Assembly (NCBI RefSeq): GCF_039545135.1
Contig: NZ_BAABRU010000004.1
Span: forward strand, 194,427 to 258,426
Direction of reading: 5' to 3'
From: Herpetosiphon gulosus
GTDB lineage: Bacteria; Chloroflexota; Chloroflexia; Chloroflexales; Herpetosiphonaceae
Length of the DNA: 64,000 nucleotides
A program made the position numbers and the translations under genes. The notes below the pieces were generated by a model. It made no database searches. It saw only the letters and a program-made list of their open reading frames with translations, and was not told the origin of the DNA. Positions 58,520-64,000 of the stretch are shown piece by piece; position 1 is the first letter of the stretch; every line of letters starts with the position of its first letter.

Positions 58520-59521
58520 TCATAAATATTCATCTATATCTATAATTATATTTTTATTTTTCTTCATATATAATTTGAATTCATCAATAAAATTTTCAGT
58601 GGCAAAAATAAGAGTTAATATATCGTTTTTATTTATTTCTATATCAATGAATGCCTCGTGAACTATTTTATGTCTTATTGTTATATATTTAGCTATTACT
58701 TTTTTGATATTTATTTCTTTTTTATTGAATATTTTGTTTACATTAAGTATTTTCTCTATATCTATCTCAATTTCATTAAATGCGCTTATTATTTTTGGAA
58801 TATTTTGAAATGATGTTAATCTTGCATATTCATCTCCAATTGTTACCTTTTTTGTATACATATTCTTGAAGCTATGTAAATCTAATTTTTTTAATATATT
58901 CTTCTGAATAGACTCTTGGTTATTGACATAAATTACAAAGAAATTTTTTAGAAACTCTTCTATTGAAGATACTATGTAAGGAATGATTAGATTATTTATA
59001 ATAATACCTTTATCAAATCTTAACATCCATGGTAAATTCTCTTTTTTATAATTAAATTCATCAATATCATCTTGAACAGCTATTTTTGATGTAATTATAT
59101 TATTTATGAAATTTCTATAGACTATAGAGCATCCGCGTTCAATAACAGTAAATTCTGGTATTTCATAATAAAGATATGAACACACTCCTTCTTGAGGATT
59201 ATATAGACTTCCTAGAAAAGCTTTTTTTAATTGTTTAATTACATTATTTTGTGCCTCCAGATCTGCAAAAGAACGTCCAGCATTTGAATAGGCATGAAAA
59301 ACTACTTTTGTATCCTTGGGAACATTTTCAACCGGATTATAGTCAATAAATAGCCAACATCCACGGGTAGACTCATAATTATTCTCATTGAACCAGTAAT
59401 AACTTAGACCTTTGTAACCAGAATAATAGGTTGCTTTTTTCCATCCTAATGGAAATATAATTTTTTCAATTTGCCGACGAGTAGGCTGATTTTTAGTTCT
59501 AAGAAATAAATCAATACTCAT
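58520..59521 (-). CDS. AT-rich hypothetical protein (333 aa) with C-terminal Rx4H (HEPN-like) motif
   Basis: About 25% GC. C-terminal ...AKYITIRHKIVHEAF... contains R-x4-H. No other recognised domain. Confidence 0.5.
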   Translation of the reverse strand: MSIDLFLRTKNQPTRRQIEKIIFPLGWKKATYYSGYKGLSYYWFNENNYESTRGCWLFIDYNPVENVPKDTKVVFHAYSNAGRSFADLEAQNNVIKQLKKAFLGSLYNPQEGVCSYLYYEIPEFTVIERGCSIVYRNFINNIITSKIAVQDDIDEFNYKKENLPWMLRFDKGIIINNLIIPYIVSSIEEFLKNFFVIYVNNQESIQKNILKKLDLHSFKNMYTKKVTIGDEYARLTSFQNIPKIISAFNEIEIDIEKILNVNKIFNKKEINIKKVIAKYITIRHKIVHEAFIDIEINKNDILTLIFATENFIDEFKLYMKKNKNIIIDIDEYL

Positions 59522-59600
59522 TACTTGCTCCTAGAATCTGGAATTAATGATTTAGGTTCTTTCTGATAATCCATGCTAGACTATCCGACAGGAGGTACGC

Positions 59601-60135
59601 ATGGCTCTCCATGAATTGACCAATACCCAATTTGCCGTGATTGCACCGATCCTACCGACCGAAACCTGCCGTGGCCGCCCATGGAATGACCACCAATGCG
59701 TGGTTAATGGCCTATTTTGGCAACGCAATACCATGATTCTATGATGCGATATTTCCGACCGCTTTGTACTCTGGTAACACGGCGGAACCTGGGAATGCAT
59801 CCTTACCTCCTTGCATATGTCCTTAAATGCCATGGATGCCTCGAGTGGCAGTAATTGACCATCGATGGCATGCTTATTTGCGTCGGTCGTACCGTTGCGG
59901 CGCATGAAAAAAATCTTTGATGACACATGAATCCACTAACCAAACCCTCGGATGTTTCTACGGCAGATTCGGTACCAAATCCACCTCCTTTAGTTTAGAT
60001 GGTCGTGTACATCCGTTATCCTCCTGTCTTACGCCTAGACAGATCCACGAAGGCACCGCGTTCGAAACCCTGATCGTTATGCTCCAGCAGCACGGACAAC
60101 CCGGCACCCGTCCACACTCATTGGTTGATGATTGA
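59601..60135 (+). pseudogene. Degraded IS5-family (IS427/IS1031-like) transposase remnant, multiple frameshifts/stops
   Basis: MALHELTNTQFAVIAPILPTETCRGRPWNDHQCVVNGLFWQ matches the conserved N-terminus of IS5-family transposases (L..EQW..IEPLLP...GRPR.D.R.VLNGI). Downstream fragments lie in other frames. Confidence 0.6.
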
Positions 60136-60791
60136 GGCGATGATGACCGTTGTATCAGACAGTGGACTCAGCAATATGGGATTCGGTCGGTGATTCTGCC
60201 ACGCCGACGACGCGGTGAATGCAAGGCTGTCCGTCCAGTTTCTATGGCTAACAGGCTTGCCATGCCCGCACTGTGGTTGAGCCCGCCAATGGCGGGCGCA
60301 AGGAGTGTCGGTTGGTTGAGAAGAGAAACTGGCTCTGAATTATCTTGTATTGATGCATCTAGCCATGATTCAACGATTGGTTCGTATCATTGTACCGTTC
60401 ATATAGCCATCCTGAATTATAAGGCCTACGGTAATATGCTATTAAAGTAAAGGTGCTGTTTTTGATCATTTTCGTGGTATTCTGAATCTTTCCAATGGAA
60501 GCTTAAGGAATTAAATTATCAAACAAAATATATTCTCCAGCCTCTTCCTACTGTCAATGTGTTGTGATTAACTGGAGTCAGTGTGCCTTTAGAATCCATT
60601 ACTGCCAATACATCCCATGATATCCAAACGTATCTGGATACAAGATCACTATCAAAATGAGGATAACAGTACTTATCAGAACTTACTTTATACGTTTTAA
60701 TTTAACTATTTAACTAGTTGGCTTGACATACCTGATAGGATATAGCAACTAGAATTACACCTTAATCTTATAAAAACATCATAACATTTCT

Positions 60792-62846
60792 ATGCACTTG
60801 AAGGAGTTACCTATGATCTCAGATGTAGAGAAAAAACGTTCTATTTTACTTACGACAAAACTAAGGTTTTCTCCAGAAATTCAACCTTTAAAACAGACTG
60901 TTATTAATAATATTATTTTACAAATAATTTATACAAATTCATCATTAAATAGGTGGAGGATAGAAACTATTAATGAAAAAATCTATTCTCAGATTGGACA
61001 TCAGATTAATAATGATGATTTAAACTTATCTTTAAAAAGTCTTATTTCTCAAGAAATGATTGAGGAACTAAATAATGGAGGGCATAAAACATATAAACTA
61101 TCTGATATAGGAAAAAAGTTAATAGATAAGCATCAAATTGAGGCAGAGAATAGGTTGGATAGGGTTCTACATGAACTTTTTTCGAATTCAGAAATACACT
61201 CATCTTTATATACCGATCCTTTCCTTGATGTTATATCAAGAATATTTTCAAAAATAGGTGAAGATAATGCTCGTTTAATAAAAGGAGATTTATCTAATGA
61301 AGATTTATTGAATTATATATCATTACCAGATATAATAAAGGGGGTAGTTTTTAAATCTTCAAATATTAATTATGCTGTATTTGAATCTGGAATAAATAAT
61401 TTTTTTAGAAAAAATGACCCTGATTTTGATATTATTAAATGGAATATGGCTCAGAATTATTATATAACAAAATCTTTAGGAATTGATCCTTCTGGATCAA
61501 TCCTTTCTAAAGAATTATATGAAAATGCTGTTTTCTATCTTGATACTAATATAATTATTACAGCATTAGAAGAAAATCACGAGTATCATCATAGTTTTTT
61601 ATTTTTTATTGAAATGTGTAGTAAATTGAATATATCAATCAATATTTGTCAAATATCACTAGATGAAATGAATGAATGGTTATCATATCAGAGAGAGATA
61701 ATAGAAAAAACTATAAGCAATATACCTGATGGACTGTCAAGTAAAATCAATTCACTGATATATGATATATATCTTAAGAAAGTAGAATTACATAATTATG
61801 AAAATATAGATGATTTATTTACTAGTTTTTCTAATGCATCAAATAAGTTAGAGTCTGAATTTGAAATAAAATTATTTCATAATGATTGGTTTTCTAATAA
61901 TAATGATAAACCGGAAGTGAATAATTTTGCTGAAAAGATTAGAGATAGATATTTTAAAACTCGTAATAGAAAAAAATCTCGTAGAGCACCAAAACATGAT
62001 GCTTTATTATTAATGTGGATAGAAAAAGAACGGAGAGAAAAATCTTTAAACACATGGCTAATTACAGCTGATTCTTCTTTACCAGGTATAGTACCTAATA
62101 GATCAATAGATTCTTCTTTAGCTATTACTATGGATGCAATTATCCAATGGATATCTCCTGTAAATATTTCCAATGAAGATGAATTTAGTTCTATATTCTC
62201 AGAAATGATAAAATTAAGACTATTTCCTCAGAATAAAATATTTATGCTAGAAGATTTTCTTATTTTTCATGAAATGAATATTTCATGCAAAGAGTTACCT
62301 ATTGAAGATGTAGAACAATGCATTAGATATATTAAGAGGAATATTCCAAATATGGATATATCTAAATCATCTGATAGAGAAAGATTACACTATGAGATGA
62401 GTAGATTTTTTAAAGATCCAAGTCGAAAATATCAAGAAGAGTTATCAAAGCTCGAAAGAGAGAAATCAGAAATGAGTATGAATTTTGAAAGAGAGAAATC
62501 AGAAATGAGTATGAATTTTGAAAGAGAGAAATTAGAAATAAATAATTCTATTTCTGATTTTAGAGAAAAACTATCTAATATGGAAAGTGAAATAAATATA
62601 AATAAAATAAAAAGTATAGTAAATAAAAAAATGTTCAGAAGTGTGTTGCTACTTTTTATAGTAATTTCTATAACAGTCTACATTGCCGAAGGAAACACCT
62701 TCTACGAAAAGATTAGTGGGTGGTGGCAAGTGTATACTTTTATCTTTGGAGTATGGATTTTTCTTGTTTCTATTTGGATAGGGAAAGAAGGACTTAGAAC
62801 GCTTGGATGGCCATTTACCAAAATTTTTGGAATAGAAGATAAATAA
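60792..62846 (+). CDS. AT-rich large hypothetical protein (684 aa) with PIN-like motif and C-terminal double TM; candidate defense/abortive-infection cargo
   Basis: About 24% GC. NAVFYLDTNIIITALEE resembles a PIN/DUF4935 first strand. Tandem EREKSEMSMNF repeats. C-terminal hydrophobic helices (VLLLFIVISITVYIA, VYTFIFGVWIFLVSIWIG). Confidence 0.55.
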   Translation: MHLKELPMISDVEKKRSILLTTKLRFSPEIQPLKQTVINNIILQIIYTNSSLNRWRIETINEKIYSQIGHQINNDDLNLSLKSLISQEMIEELNNGGHKTYKLSDIGKKLIDKHQIEAENRLDRVLHELFSNSEIHSSLYTDPFLDVISRIFSKIGEDNARLIKGDLSNEDLLNYISLPDIIKGVVFKSSNINYAVFESGINNFFRKNDPDFDIIKWNMAQNYYITKSLGIDPSGSILSKELYENAVFYLDTNIIITALEENHEYHHSFLFFIEMCSKLNISINICQISLDEMNEWLSYQREIIEKTISNIPDGLSSKINSLIYDIYLKKVELHNYENIDDLFTSFSNASNKLESEFEIKLFHNDWFSNNNDKPEVNNFAEKIRDRYFKTRNRKKSRRAPKHDALLLMWIEKERREKSLNTWLITADSSLPGIVPNRSIDSSLAITMDAIIQWISPVNISNEDEFSSIFSEMIKLRLFPQNKIFMLEDFLIFHEMNISCKELPIEDVEQCIRYIKRNIPNMDISKSSDRERLHYEMSRFFKDPSRKYQEELSKLEREKSEMSMNFEREKSEMSMNFEREKLEINNSISDFREKLSNMESEININKIKSIVNKKMFRSVLLLFIVISITVYIAEGNTFYEKISGWWQVYTFIFGVWIFLVSIWIGKEGLRTLGWPFTKIFGIEDK
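62454..62540 (+). repeat. Two and a half tandem 33-nt repeats (GAAAGAGAGAAATCAGAAATGAGTATGAATTTT) within the AT-rich gene
   Basis: Exact duplicate units at 62454 and 62487, with a diverged third copy. Confidence 0.8.
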
Positions 62847-63069
62847 TTTAGTGAATTATTTATCTTCTATTCCAAGCCCTTGATAATTACAGTGATCAAG
62901 GGCTTCCTTAACTATATGTAGGTTCTATTTGATCATTCAAGATATCGCATACCGTCGCAAAACCTCATTGATATGCTGATTGGGACGGTATTCTTGGTCA
63001 TTTTCTCATGTACATTATGGTATTTGTGCCTTCCCAAGTCCCAAGGGAGGCTTAAGGATTTATCAGTAT

Positions 63070-63975
63070 CTAAATCAATGAGTGACTATTTGCCATTACC
63101 ATCTCCAATAACGGCAGCGGCTCCTCGGGCACGAGCTGCACTGCTGCCAGATTGAAGCCATCCACTTGGACTTCGGCCAAGACAAAGCCATTCAGGCGAT
63201 TGGCCACCGCGCTACTGGTGGGCAGCACATCGCGGAACAGCAGCATGTCCCCCGGTCGCGCTTCCGTCGCTGGATAGACCATGCCATCCACGGTCTCCAG
63301 TACCGCACATGTCAGGCTGGCCGCAGCTTCGCCTTTGGCCGCGTCACTCAGAAACACACTGGTTCGTTGCGTGGCCACGGCGAGCGTCCCGCCGTCAACG
63401 GGCAGCGCCGTGCGCCGAACCAATCCGCTATTGGCCAGCGCTTGGGCATCGGTTTGGATGGGCGTGCGCTGGCGTTGGCCCTGCTCATCCTCATAGACCC
63501 CATAGCCACTCGTCCAGCGTCCATCGCTATTGCCGCCTTGGGTATAGCTGCATTGCTCGGTACTGACATACCACACCCGCCCCGACTGGCGCGGACGCAC
63601 GAACAGCACGCCATCCTCATCAACACCCCAGACCCATGGACGGTTGCTGGTATCCCCCAGCTGCACCTGCTCGCTCAGGATGGTGGCCCACGGCTGATCG
63701 TCCGCTGCAAGATTCGCAATATCGACGAGCGGACTTTGCACTTTGCCATCGCTGTTGAAGACTGCCCATGGATTGACCGCCAATACCTCACTCAAGGCAT
63801 ACTTGGCCACTTGATCGAGTGTCACGGTTGGCGTGGTGACGGCTTTGACCCGCACGTTAGTGATCACCAACTCAATATCGCCATCATTGCCATCCCACAG
63901 CGGCTCCACCAGATCGCTGCCAAGGTGGGCATTGCGAAACACGGCGGTAAAGGTCGTCGCGGTCGTGGCCGTCAC
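63070..63975 (-). CDS. Hypothetical protein (301 aa) of the integrated element; possibly a structural protein
   Basis: GTG start with a GGAGGA RBS. The sequence is Thr/Val/Gly-rich and resembles beta-rich phage structural proteins, but I found no diagnostic motif. Confidence 0.4.
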   Translation of the reverse strand: MTATTATTFTAVFRNAHLGSDLVEPLWDGNDGDIELVITNVRVKAVTTPTVTLDQVAKYALSEVLAVNPWAVFNSDGKVQSPLVDIANLAADDQPWATILSEQVQLGDTSNRPWVWGVDEDGVLFVRPRQSGRVWYVSTEQCSYTQGGNSDGRWTSGYGVYEDEQGQRQRTPIQTDAQALANSGLVRRTALPVDGGTLAVATQRTSVFLSDAAKGEAAASLTCAVLETVDGMVYPATEARPGDMLLFRDVLPTSSAVANRLNGFVLAEVQVDGFNLAAVQLVPEEPLPLLEMVMANSHSLI

Positions 63976-64000
63976 GACGACTTCCTCCGGCTCCGCGCCG

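Larger units (their letters stand above)
47651..64000. mobile_element. Integrated element (AICE/ICE- or prophage-like) inserted next to tRNA-Asn; right end lies beyond the window
   Basis: Partial tRNA repeat, tyrosine integrase, primase, iterons, ParM-like, FtsK/TraB-like ATPase, AT-rich cargo and an IS remnant, all to the right of the att repeat. The genes to the left look chromosomal. Confidence 0.6.

Noticed and set aside
63070-63975. Phage tail-fibre/baseplate annotation for the last ORF
   Set aside because: Composition is suggestive, but I see no diagnostic motif and the neighbouring genes are outside the window. It is kept as hypothetical.

Overview
The GC content (about 55-60%) and the gene content point to a Chloroflexi-type chromosomal segment, though I cannot assign it to a genus from sequence alone. 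The window mixes housekeeping genes with at least three horizontally acquired modules.

Housekeeping genes include an ABC-F ATPase, Lon protease, an MsbA-like ABC exporter, a ComM/YifB ATPase, a Sir2 deacylase, a Fe/Mn superoxide dismutase, the undecaprenyl-diphosphatase UppP, a U32 peptidase, a DegS/NarL-type two-component pair, and TetR and WYL regulators.

The centrepiece is a complete type III-B (Cmr) CRISPR-Cas effector operon on the minus strand (27387-35421). Its Cas10 appears to lack an HD domain but keeps the GGDD cyclase motif. It is followed by a CARF + PD-(D/E)xK (Card1/Can2-like) effector and a small uncharacterised terminal ORF. There is no cas1, cas2 or cas6 in the window. The only CRISPR-like array is a 2-repeat, 1-spacer mini-array 7 kb away (20060-20170) with an adjacent AT-rich leader-like region.

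A separate AT-rich standalone OLD-family ATPase-Toprim nuclease gene (11328-13226) sits between a DegT aminotransferase and Lon.

From 47651 to beyond the window end lies an integrated element. It is marked by a 45-nt duplicate of the tRNA-Asn 3' end next to an intact tRNA-Asn. It carries a tyrosine integrase, a DUF3987-like protein, a dense AAGTGTCAT iteron field, a zinc-finger Toprim primase, a ParM-like actin ATPase and an FtsK/TraB-like membrane ATPase. It also carries a strongly AT-rich cargo: two divergent genes with HEPN-like and PIN-like motifs, flanking a degraded IS5-family transposase.

Other notable items are a repeated REP-like palindromic unit at three convergent gene junctions and a Ser/Thr kinase fused to two FGE-sulfatase domains.
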